A DNA stretch of 64,000 nucleotides, from positions 2,144,001 to 2,208,000 of the forward strand of contig CBDCCI010000002.1 of assembly GCA_965214705.1 (NCBI GenBank), written 5' to 3'. How positions within the stretch are numbered: the stretch's first letter is position 1; every line of letters begins with the position of its first letter. The notes under the pieces are model-generated. The model saw nothing but the letters and a program-made list of their open reading frames with translations. It did no database searches and had not been told where the DNA came from. The translations under genes and the position numbers were made by a program. Below are positions 51,730-60,887 of the stretch, piece after piece. Origin of the DNA: Alphaproteobacteria bacterium. GTDB lineage: Bacteria; Pseudomonadota; Alphaproteobacteria; UBA828.

Positions 51730-52673
51730 GACGGCCGCTCGCTTCGGCCCCGCGCAACGGCGCCAAAGCGCCGACGCACGACCGAACCTGTCTCCGCTTG
51801 AGCCGGGCTGACAGCCCTCGGCTCACACCCCGCTCAGTCCTCGCAGCGTGCGCCCGCATGCCTGCCGAAAGACCGGCGCGAGCGTCGATTTTATGCGCAA
51901 CTCTGCTGCCGGTGGATGCCGCCTGACGCTGACATCAGCGCACTTTCCACATAGCTCAACTTCGCCTCTCGTGGCCCGCGGCTTCGTTCAAAAGGGTTGG
52001 GCAGGCTCTCGAGAGAGAGCCTGCCCAACCCTTAACCTTCTGCGACCAGTCGAGGAAGGGACGGTTCAGGGTCGGCCGCAGGCCATCCCGGAAACGGGTC
52101 AACCGCACTCTGCGGGGGATCGCGGAAAGGCTGCGCAAGCGCTGGCACGACAACCGGCACGAGACAGCGAAGTGGCTGGGAAGGGTCATCGACGGCTGGC
52201 TCAACTACTACGGCGTACCCGGGAGCGGCCGCTATCTGGTGCGGTTCGTGCACCAATGCAAACGGCTGCTCATGCGTGCCCTGCGGCGAAGGTCCCAACG
52301 GGACCGCACCGCGTGGGAGGATATCAATCCCCTCACTGCTGCCCACTGGCCCAAGGCCAGCATCCGTCATCCGTGGCCGAACCAGCGGCTTGTCGTCAGG
52401 ACCTGAGGGAGGAGCCGGATGCGAACAGCGCCCGTCCGGATCTGTGCGGGGGGACCGGGGCAACCCGGTTCCCTACCGCGATATGTTACAGCGTAATCTC
52501 TTGGGAACACCATGAGATTTCATGGGAATTTCATCACCTAATAGTCTTGATTCTAGAGGGAAAACCGGCCCGACCTTCCATGCCACGTGTGCGACTCGGG
52601 GCGCGGTGGAGACGGGGCAACTGGTCGACTACCATTGGGGTCGAACGGGAAAGCCTCGGGGAGGGCCGGTGCC

Positions 52674-53849
52674 ATGCGTTACAGCGACTCTAGGATCCTC
52701 ACCACGCACGCCGGCAGCCTGGCGCGGAACCCGGAGCTTAGCGCCCTGCTGATCCGGCAGGACCACGGCAAGCCGGTCGACCCTGCGGCGCTCGACGCTG
52801 CGATTCGCGCGCGCACCCGGCACGTCGTCGCGCGCCAGCTTGAGAGCGGCATCGACATCGGCGGGGACGGCGAGCAGGCCCGCGCCGGCTATTCGACCTA
52901 TCCGGCCCAGCGCATGAGCGGCTTCGGCGGGAGCTCCAGCCGCAACGACCTGCTCGACTTCGAGAAGTTCCCCCTCTACGCCGAGGCCTACCGCGAGGCC
53001 TTTCGCACCAACCCGGAGGAACGCACGCGCATCGTCAACGCGCCGCAGGCGGTGGCCGAGGTGAGCTACGACTCGGCCTGCGCCGGCGTGCGCGCGGAGT
53101 GCGATGCCTTCGATGATGCGCTCGCTGGGCAGGAAGCGGGCTTCGCCGAGACCTTCGTGACCGCCGCCTCCCCAGGCTGCGTGCTGACCATCATGCACAA
53201 TGCCCACTATGCGTCGGACCGTGACTACCTCTTCGCGCTCGCACGGGAGCTGAAGACGGAATACGAGTTCATCGTCTCGCGCGGCCACCTGCTGCAGATC
53301 GACGCGCCGGACCTCGCCATGGAGCGCTATCTATACTTCCGCGATGCGCCGGATGCCGCCTTCCTCGCCAGCGTGGAAGACCACATCGAGGCGCTCAACA
53401 TGGCGCTCGCCGATGTGCCGCGCGAGCGTGTGCGTCTGCACGTGTGCTGGGGTACCTGGGACGGGCCGCATGCCGACGACACGCCGCTCGCGCCCCTCCT
53501 GCCCCGCCTCTACGAGGCCAAGGTGGGCGCGCTCAACATCCCCTTCGCCAATCCCGGCCACCAGCACGAGTACGAGACGGTGCGCAGGAACCCGCCGCCC
53601 GAGTCGATGGTGCTGATCCCCGGCGTGATCGACAACATGACCAAGCACCTGGAGCATCCGGAGGTCGTGGCCGAGCGCATCCAGCGCGCGGTGGACGCGG
53701 TAGGAGAGCGCGAACGCGTGATCGCGGGCGTGGACTGCGGCTTCGCCGTCTTCACCGACAACGCGATGATGACCGAGGACATCTGCTGGGCGAAGTTCCG
53801 CGCGCTGCGCGCCGGTGCGGATCTCGCCAGCAGCCGACTGTGGGGTTAG
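52674..53849 (+). CDS. Cobalamin-independent methionine synthase II family protein (MetE C-terminal-like)
   Basis: RILTTHAGSL, GDGE, LQIDAPD, LHVCWG, PGVID, EHPEVVAERI, DCGF. Confidence 0.88.
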   Translation: MRYSDSRILTTHAGSLARNPELSALLIRQDHGKPVDPAALDAAIRARTRHVVARQLESGIDIGGDGEQARAGYSTYPAQRMSGFGGSSSRNDLLDFEKFPLYAEAYREAFRTNPEERTRIVNAPQAVAEVSYDSACAGVRAECDAFDDALAGQEAGFAETFVTAASPGCVLTIMHNAHYASDRDYLFALARELKTEYEFIVSRGHLLQIDAPDLAMERYLYFRDAPDAAFLASVEDHIEALNMALADVPRERVRLHVCWGTWDGPHADDTPLAPLLPRLYEAKVGALNIPFANPGHQHEYETVRRNPPPESMVLIPGVIDNMTKHLEHPEVVAERIQRAVDAVGERERVIAGVDCGFAVFTDNAMMTEDICWAKFRALRAGADLASSRLWG

Positions 53850-53866
53850 GGCGCGGGTCCGGCGGG

Positions 53867-54802
53867 TCAGGCCGAGGCGAGCGCGTCCTTGAGCGCCTCT
53901 TCGTGGTCGAGGCCGAGGATCCAGGCCTCTTCGGTCTCGATGATGCGGCGTTCTTCAGCGGTAAGGCATGGAGCGCCGGCGAAGAGGGGCGCGAGCCCGC
54001 CCAGCGCATCCAGCCGAGCGAAGGCCTCCGCATTCACCCGCACCTGGGCGCTGTCGAGGATTTCGTCCCCATGCCTGCGCGTGCGGATCTGGTCTCGGAG
54101 AAGCGAGGGGTAGACCTCGGCAATCACCGCAGGTGCGTCGGGCGTTTGCAAGCCGATCTGGAAGGGCCAGATTGCCGTGCGGCCCGCGATGCGCGGGTCC
54201 TCGACCAAGCGCTTGAGCGCTGGCAGTCCCAGCAGCATTTGCGAGCCGACGGAGCCGGCATACGCCAACTGCCAGACCGTCTTGGCGCCGCTGGCGCGGA
54301 TGTCGCAGATGCGACGCTCCGGCGGGTGTGCCTTCTGCTCCGTGCGCGCGGATGCCCGCACCGGAATCGTCGGGTAATCCCAGGTGCCAGGACGGCCCCA
54401 GAACGGGCCAACACCTGGATAAGCCGCATTGATGGCGGCCGCCACGTCGTAGAGATTGTTGTCGTTGTCCGGCGCGTCCTTGATTTGCACCGCGAGCCAG
54501 TCCCACAAGGCCAGGGCAGATGCCTTGCCGGTCAGATGTTCGGCGACGCCCGCCGGATAGCCGAAGGGAAAGTCGAAGCCCACGAGTACCCGCCGGCCGG
54601 TATCCAGCTCGTCCGCGATCAAGCGGCCAAGTCGGTCCAGTGCCCTGTACCGGGTGCAAGCGTATTCCGGTGCCTCTACGACGACCTTGCCGCTGTCGTT
54701 TCGGGTAACGGCCCACCAGATCGAGTCCTTCGTAGGATTCTTGGGACCCGGCTTCGACCGCGCCGACCAGTCGACGACGACGTGGGTTTGGAAGTGCGGC
54801 AT
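53867..54802 (-). CDS. Conserved protein, DUF429-like (predicted RNase H-like fold)
   Basis: VVDWSA, VGFDFPFGYP, IWPF, AEVYPS, EEAWILG. Confidence 0.6.
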   Translation of the reverse strand: MPHFQTHVVVDWSARSKPGPKNPTKDSIWWAVTRNDSGKVVVEAPEYACTRYRALDRLGRLIADELDTGRRVLVGFDFPFGYPAGVAEHLTGKASALALWDWLAVQIKDAPDNDNNLYDVAAAINAAYPGVGPFWGRPGTWDYPTIPVRASARTEQKAHPPERRICDIRASGAKTVWQLAYAGSVGSQMLLGLPALKRLVEDPRIAGRTAIWPFQIGLQTPDAPAVIAEVYPSLLRDQIRTRRHGDEILDSAQVRVNAEAFARLDALGGLAPLFAGAPCLTAEERRIIETEEAWILGLDHEEALKDALASA

Positions 54803-55745
54803 TGCGGCCTCTGTTGCTTTGATTGCCGGCGACAGCGTGACAGCGGCGCGGCGGTCCGTCACCCTTGGCTCACGCCGTCAGCGGTATATGCGAGAGCGAC
54901 CCATGCACACATGCCGCCGTCTGAGAGAGTTCACGCGCGCCACATCAGTCGCCGCAGCGTTCGTCGTCTTGTTGGGCGCGGCTGCCCCCGCCGTTCTGGC
55001 CGCGCCGCTTTCCCTCACCCTCGTTCACGTGAACGACTGGGACCAGATGGCGGGGATCGACGGCGCAGGCGGCGCCGCGAAGATCGCGACCGTGGTCGCC
55101 GAAGAACGTGCGCGGGCGGAGGCCGAGAGCGGTCTGGCGGTGGTGACCTTCGGCGGCGACATGATCTCGCCCTCCGTGCTCTCCGGGATCGACAAGGGCG
55201 CGCACATGATCGACCTCGCCAACGCCGTCGGCTTCAACGTGGCGGTCCTCGGCAACCACGAATTCGATTTCGGCCCGGACGTGCTGCGGGAGCGGCTCGC
55301 GGAGTCGGAAACGGTCTGGCTCGCGAGCAATGTGACGATCGCGGGCGGTGGCTTCCCCGGCACCACGGCCACGACGGTGGTGGAGAGGGACGGCTACCGA
55401 ATCGGCTTCCTCGGCCTGGTCACGACGGAGACCCCGGTGATTTCGAGTCCCGGCCCCGACGTCGCCTTCGCACCGGTGGCGGAGGCGGGCGCCGCGCTGG
55501 CCGAAGAGTTGAGGGCGGAGGGCGCGGACATCGTGGTCGCGCTAACCCATCAGGGGCTTGGCGCGGACCTGGAGCTGCTACGCCAAGTCAAGGGAATCGA
55601 CGTGGTGCTCGGCGGCCACGATCATCTCCTCCTCGCCCACCATGACGGCCGCCGGGCGGTGATGAAGGCGGGTTCCCAAGGACGCCACGTGGGCGTTCTG
55701 ACCCTCATGATCGACCGCATCGAGGGGCGCGGCGGAGTACCCAAG

Positions 55746-57905
55746 CCCAAGTTGGCACTTTTTCCGACCAGCCGAGCCTGTTCGAGCCAGTTTTGCGGCG
55801 CTGAACCACTAGATGTTGGGGTTGGAGGACACCTGAGACCCACATTTGCCATTCGTGGTCCTGGAAGCCAATTGTGGGGCCAGGACTTTGGAGTTGAGTC
55901 GATATCCCTCTTGCCAGATGCCGCGAACGCCGTGTATGCGAAACAGGCATCGCAGAAACGGCGCCGCCATGTACATCAAGGCAACCAGGACACACACCGA
56001 CAAGGCCGGCCAGCCGGTCCGAAGCCATCGCCTCGTGCTCGCCCAGCGCGTCGGCGACAAGGTGCGCCACAGGACGCTGCTCAATCTCGGCACCGACTAT
56101 CCGGTGCCGCGCGAGAAGTGGAAGGCCGTCACCGAACTCGCCGAGGCGCTGCTTCACGGCAAGCCGCCGCTGTTCGAGGGCGAGGCGGATGTGCGGGCCG
56201 CAGCCGAGGACATCGTCGCCAAGCTCAGGGCCAGGGGGTTCCGCGTCGAGGCGATGCAGGAAGAGGCGCGCAAGCCCGACATCGCCACCGTCGACCTCGA
56301 TACCCTGGAGCACGAGAACCCGCGCACGGTCGGCTGCGAGCGCCTGTGCCTCAAGGCCCTCGACGCCCTCGGCTTCGCCGAAATCCTCCACGGCCTCGAC
56401 ATCAAGGGCCGCGACGGGCGCATCGCCAGCGCGCTGATCGTCGCCAGGATGGTCCATCCCGCCAGCGAGCGTGATACCAGCCGCTGGCTCCGCCACGACA
56501 GCGCGGCCGCCGAGCTCCTGGGCCTGGAGGGCGACCGCAAGGCGCTGCGGCGCAAGACGCTCTACCGCATCGGCGACCTGCTCTGGCGCCACCGCGCCGC
56601 CATCCAGCGGGAGCTGTTCAACCGTGAGCGCGCACTGCTCGACCTGCCCGAGACGATCGCCTTCTACGATCTCACCAACGTCCACTACCACGGCCACACG
56701 GGCGGCGAGCTTCCCAGGTTCGGGCGCTCCAAGCAGAAGCGCGACGACTGTCCCCTCATCACGCTGGCGCTGGCGCTCGACGGCGCGGGCTTCCCGCGCA
56801 GTTGCGAGATCCTGCCGGGCAACGTGAGCGAGCCGGGCACGCTGCACGAGGCGCTGGCGCGGCTCGAGGCGGTGTGCGGCGGCACGGCGCCGAAGCCCAC
56901 GGTGGTCATGGACGCGGGCATCGCCACCGAGAAAAACATCGCGTGGCTGGGCGAGCAGGGCTACGACTGGATCGCGGTCAGCCGCGGTGCCAGGCCTGCG
57001 CCGCCCGAGGGCGGACCCGAGGCCCTGCTGATCACCAGCGCGCGCCACGAGGTGCGGGCCTGGCGGCTTGCCAGCGAGGACGGCGAGGCGCGGCTCTACG
57101 TCGTCAGCGAGGGCAAGAAGAAGGCCGAGAACGCGATCATCGGCCTGAGGCGGAACCGCTTCGAGGCGGCGCTGGAAAGGCTCCACGGCGGCCTTGCGGT
57201 CAAGGGCCGCCTCAAGCGCTACGACAAGGTGCTGGAGAGCATAGGCCGCCTCAAGCAGCGCTTCTCCGCCGTCGCCAGGCACTACGAGATCACGGTCGAG
57301 AGGGCGAAAACCGGCCCCAATGCCACCGCCGTGCGCTTCAAGCGCAGGCCGCGATACGACGAGGCCGATGAGGGCGCCGGTGCCTATGTGCTGCGCACCA
57401 GCCACGTCGACTGGGACATCGAGACGGTCCTGCGGACGTACTGGCGGATCACGGATATCGAGGCGACATTCCGGAGCCTGAAATCCGAGCTCGGCCTTCG
57501 CCCGATCTGGCACCAGCTCGACCGGCGCATCGCGGCCCACCTGCTGATCGCCGTGCTGGCCTACCACGCCGTGCATCTGATCCGTACCCGGCTGGCCGCG
57601 CGCGGCATCCACAAGTGCTGGGCGTCGATCCGCGAGAGCATGCGGACCTGGGTGCGGATCACCACGCGCCTGCGCCAGACCGACGGCACCTTGATCGTCA
57701 ACCGCCAGGACACGCGCCCGGCCGCCGAGGTTGCCGCAATCTCCTCGGCGGCGGGCGTGGACCCCGCCATCCACCGCACGAGGACCCGTCTGATGAGCTG
57801 ACAGAATCTCACAAAATGTGGGGCCATGTTGGAATCGACCGAGAAAAATATCGCGTTGAATCAAACCAATAGGGAACACAGGCAGCGGAAAAGTGCCAAC
57901 TTGGG
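55746..57905 (+). mobile_element. IS1634-family element, copy 1 (2160 bp, 4-bp TSD CAAG)
   Basis: TIR CCCAAGTTGGCACTTTT; CAAG at 55742-55745 and 57906-57909. Confidence 0.92.
55969..57801 (+). CDS. IS1634-family DDE transposase
   Basis: YDLTN, FGRSKQKR.DCP, VVMDAGI, IEATFRSLKSELGLRPIWHQ. Confidence 0.9.
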   Translation: MYIKATRTHTDKAGQPVRSHRLVLAQRVGDKVRHRTLLNLGTDYPVPREKWKAVTELAEALLHGKPPLFEGEADVRAAAEDIVAKLRARGFRVEAMQEEARKPDIATVDLDTLEHENPRTVGCERLCLKALDALGFAEILHGLDIKGRDGRIASALIVARMVHPASERDTSRWLRHDSAAAELLGLEGDRKALRRKTLYRIGDLLWRHRAAIQRELFNRERALLDLPETIAFYDLTNVHYHGHTGGELPRFGRSKQKRDDCPLITLALALDGAGFPRSCEILPGNVSEPGTLHEALARLEAVCGGTAPKPTVVMDAGIATEKNIAWLGEQGYDWIAVSRGARPAPPEGGPEALLITSARHEVRAWRLASEDGEARLYVVSEGKKKAENAIIGLRRNRFEAALERLHGGLAVKGRLKRYDKVLESIGRLKQRFSAVARHYEITVERAKTGPNATAVRFKRRPRYDEADEGAGAYVLRTSHVDWDIETVLRTYWRITDIEATFRSLKSELGLRPIWHQLDRRIAAHLLIAVLAYHAVHLIRTRLAARGIHKCWASIRESMRTWVRITTRLRQTDGTLIVNRQDTRPAAEVAAISSAAGVDPAIHRTRTRLMS

Positions 57906-58637
57906 CAAGGTGATCTGGACCCCGGAGTTCCGCCTCCGCTCGACTGCTGACACCGAAGGCGATGCCAAACTCGCCGCCAAGGTTCGCGACTATCAAGCAA
58001 ACCTCGACGAGACCCTGGACGTGGTGATCGGCGAGACCGCGGTGGAGCTCAGCACCCGCGGCTTCCAGCACGGATCGGCCGAGACCGCCTTCGGCAATCT
58101 GCTGGCAGACGCCATGCGCGAGGCGACCGGCGCCGACATCGCGCTCACCAACGGTGGCGGCATTCGCGGCGACACGGTCTATCCGCCCGGCACCAGACTC
58201 ACCCGCAAGATGGTGCTGACCGAGCTTCCCTTCGGCAACAAGACCGTGGTGCTTCGCCTGACCGGCGCCCAGGTGCAGGAGGCACTGGAGAACGGCGTAA
58301 GCCGGGCCGAGAACCCCTCGGGCCGGTTCCCGCAGGTCTCTGGCTTTGCCTTCACCTTCGATGCGCGCAGGCCACCGGGCGAACGGGTGACGAGCGTCAC
58401 GGTGGGCGGTGTGCCGCTGGAGGACGGCAAGACCTACACGCTCGCCACCAACAGCTTCCTCGCGAACGGCGGCGACGACTATCGCGTGTTCAAGGTCGGC
58501 GAGGTGTTGATCGATTCTGCGTCCGGCGAGCTCATGGCGGGGCAGCTCATCGACCACATCATCGCGGCCGGCAGTGTCGCGCCGAAGATCGAAGGGCGGA
58601 TTACCCGCGAGGACTGACGCGCATCGCGATTGCACGA

Positions 58638-60797
58638 CCCAAGTTGGCACTTTTTCCGGTTGCTCAATGCCGGTCTGCCCATATTTTGCGGACCGAAGTA
58701 CCACATATTGGGGTAGCTCCGAGATGATGCCACTATATGTGTAATTGAGGCGCTGGAAGCGCGTTGTAGTGCCAGGAGTTGTTAGGTATTGACGATTTTC
58801 CCTTGACCCCAGACCCCAAGCCGACAAATCTTGGCCCCTCGCAACAATCTCGCGACGGGCGACATGTTCATCAGGGCAACCAAGACCCACACCACCGACG
58901 GCAAGCCCGTCCGAAGCCATCGCCTCGTGCTCTCCCAGCGCATCGGCGACAAGGTCAGGCAGCGCACGCTCCTCAACCTCGGCACCGACTATCCGGTGCC
59001 GAAGGAGAAATGGCGCGAAGTGGCCGAACTCGCCGAGGCGCTGCTGCACGGCCGCCCGCCGCTGCTCCAAGCCGTCCCGGACGTGCAGGCCGCAGCCGAG
59101 GACATCGTCGCCAAGCTCAGGGCCAGGGGGTTCCGCGTCGAGGCGATGCAGGAAGAGGCGCGCAAGCCCGAGATCGCCACCGTCGACCTCGATACCCTGG
59201 AGCACGAGAACCCGCGCACCGTCGGCTGCGAGCGCCTGTGCCTCAAGGCCCTCGACGACCTTGGCTTCGCCGACATCCTCCACGGCCTTGGCATCAAAGG
59301 CCGAGACGGGCGCATCGCGAGCGCGCTGATCGTCGCCAGGATGGTCCATCCCGCCAGCGAGCGTGATACCAGCCGCTGGCTCCGCCACGACAGCGCGGCC
59401 GCCGAGCTCCTGGGCCTGGAGGGCGACCGCAAGGCGCTGCGGCGCAAGACGCTCTACCGCATCGGCGACCTGCTCTGGCGCCACCGGGCCGCCATCCAGA
59501 GGGAACTGTTCAACCGTGAGCGCGCGCTGCTCGACCTGCCCGAGACGATCGCCTTCTACGATCTCACCAACGTCCACTACCACGGCCACACGGGCGGCGA
59601 GCTTCCCAGGTTCGGGCGCTCCAAGCAGAAGCGCGACGACTGTCCCCTCATCACGCTGGCGCTGGCGCTCGACGGCGCGGGCTTCCCGCGCAGTTGCGAG
59701 ATCCTGCCGGGCAACGTGAGCGAGCCGGGCACGCTGCACGAGGCGCTGGCGCGGCTCGAGGCGGTGTGCGGCGGCACGGCGGCGAAGCCCACGGTGGTCA
59801 TGGATGCGGGCATCGCCACCGAGGAAAACATCGTCTGGCTGGGCGAGCAGGGCTACGACTGGATCGCGGTCAGCCGCGGTGCCAGGCCTGCGCCGCCCGA
59901 GGGCGGACCCGAGGCCCTGCTGATCACCAGCGCGCGCCACGAGGTGCGGGCCTGGCGGCTTGCCAGCGAGGACGGCGAGGCGCGGCTCTACGTCGTCAGC
60001 GAGGGCAAGAAGAAGGCCGAGAACGCGATCATCGGCCTGAGGCGGAACCGCTTCGAGGCGGCGCTGGAAAGGCTCCACAGCGGCCTCCCGGTCAAGCGCC
60101 GCCTCAAGCGCTACGACAAGGTGCTGGAGAGCATAGGCCGCCTCAAGCAGCGCTTCTCCGCCGTCGCCAGGCACTACGAGATCACGGTCGAGAAGGCGAA
60201 AACCGGCCCCAATGCCACCGCCGTGCGCTTCAAGCGCAGGCCGCGATACGACGAGGCCGATGAGGGCGCCGGCGCCTATGTGCTGCGCACCAGCCACGTC
60301 GACTGGGATATCGAGACGGTCCTGCGGACGTACTGGCGGATCACGGATATCGAGGCGACATTCAAGAGCCTAAAATCCGAGCTCGGCCTTCGCCCGATCT
60401 GGCACCAGCTCGACCGGCGCATCGCGGCCCACCTGCTGATCGCCGTGCTGGCCTACCACGCCGTGCATCTGATCCGTACCCGGCTGGCCGCGCGCGGCAT
60501 CCACAAGTGCTGGGCATCGATCCGCGAGAGCATGCGGACCTGGGTGCGGATCACCACGCGCCTGCGCCAGACCGACGGCACGTTGATCGTCAATCGACAG
60601 GACACGCGCCCGGCCGCTGAGGTAGCCGCAATCTCCTCGGCGGCGGGCGTGGAACCCGCCATCCACCGCACGAGGACCCGCCTGCCGAACTGACAGAATC
60701 CAACAAAATGTAGTGCCATGTTGGAATCGGCCGAGAGAAATATCGCGTTACATCAACATGATAAAGGACATGGGTAGGACAAAAGTGCCAACCTGGG
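58638..60797 (+). mobile_element. IS1634-family element, copy 2 (2160 bp, 4-bp TSD ACGA)
   Basis: TIRs CCCAAGTTGGCAC / GTGCCAACCTGGG; ACGA at 58634-58637 and 60798-60801. Confidence 0.92.
58864..60693 (+). CDS. IS1634-family DDE transposase
   Basis: Core near-identical to 55969-57801. Confidence 0.9.
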   Translation: MFIRATKTHTTDGKPVRSHRLVLSQRIGDKVRQRTLLNLGTDYPVPKEKWREVAELAEALLHGRPPLLQAVPDVQAAAEDIVAKLRARGFRVEAMQEEARKPEIATVDLDTLEHENPRTVGCERLCLKALDDLGFADILHGLGIKGRDGRIASALIVARMVHPASERDTSRWLRHDSAAAELLGLEGDRKALRRKTLYRIGDLLWRHRAAIQRELFNRERALLDLPETIAFYDLTNVHYHGHTGGELPRFGRSKQKRDDCPLITLALALDGAGFPRSCEILPGNVSEPGTLHEALARLEAVCGGTAAKPTVVMDAGIATEENIVWLGEQGYDWIAVSRGARPAPPEGGPEALLITSARHEVRAWRLASEDGEARLYVVSEGKKKAENAIIGLRRNRFEAALERLHSGLPVKRRLKRYDKVLESIGRLKQRFSAVARHYEITVEKAKTGPNATAVRFKRRPRYDEADEGAGAYVLRTSHVDWDIETVLRTYWRITDIEATFKSLKSELGLRPIWHQLDRRIAAHLLIAVLAYHAVHLIRTRLAARGIHKCWASIRESMRTWVRITTRLRQTDGTLIVNRQDTRPAAEVAAISSAAGVEPAIHRTRTRLPN

Positions 60798-60887
60798 ACG
60801 AGAGCATTGCGAACCGGTGGGTTTCGCACCACGCTCGTGCCACCCCAGCCTCCCGAACGGCATCCCTCCAATGAGGAGCACGCGTCG

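Larger units (their letters stand above)
49371..52036 (+). mobile_element. IS91-like element carrying a tyrosine recombinase and a Y2 transposase (2666 bp; boundary ambiguous by 3 nt, CTT)
   Basis: Absent from the left intron copy; starts CTTG, followed by target CTTC; subterminal IR TTGAACGAAGCCGC (49372-49385 / 51978-51991); 19-bp-stem hairpin 51992-52033. Confidence 0.88.
48262..52406 (+). pseudogene. ltrA: RT/maturase of intron A right copy, disrupted after FDFLGMT by the IS91-like element (48262-49370 + 52037-52406)
   Basis: Matches the left-copy protein up to FLGMTH; the frame resumes at FCDQSRKG after the insert. Confidence 0.9.
47904..52482 (+). mobile_element. Group IIB intron A, right copy (1913 nt once the IS91-like insert is removed)
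   Basis: GTGCG at 47904, EBS2 CCTGAT 48063-48068, EBS1 CAGATT 48091-48096, DV about 52412-52443, end CCGCGAT 52482. Confidence 0.92.
54903..58617 (+). pseudogene. Periplasmic 5'-nucleotidase (UshA-like) split by IS1634 copy 1 (54903-55745 + 57910-58617)
   Basis: HVND, GGD, GNHEFD, GGHDH motifs in the N-part; GNLLADAMR, NGGGIRG, FPQVSG, GGDDY in the C-part; rejoining gives in-frame GGVPK-VIWTPE. Confidence 0.9.

Noticed and set aside
41499-52406. RTs as retron, DGR, CRISPR-RT or Abi defence systems
   Set aside because: All three sit inside complete group II ribozyme boundaries (GUGYG...AY, DV/DVI); no TR/VR pair, msr-msd or cas genes seen
41423-52482. Whole 11-kb unit as a transposon whose TIRs are the intron 3' ends
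   Set aside because: The flanking ATGTT is more simply the IS duplication displaced by later retrohoming, as supported by EBS-TIR complementarity
41405-52693. Small ORF (MAYQPCYSVISWEHHE...) rebuilt across the empty IS site
   Set aside because: Open frame but no recognisable domain and atypical codon usage; probably spurious
55705-60297. 1530-aa minus-strand ORF
   Set aside because: Antisense shadow of two GC-rich transposases and the nucleotidase; no recognisable motifs
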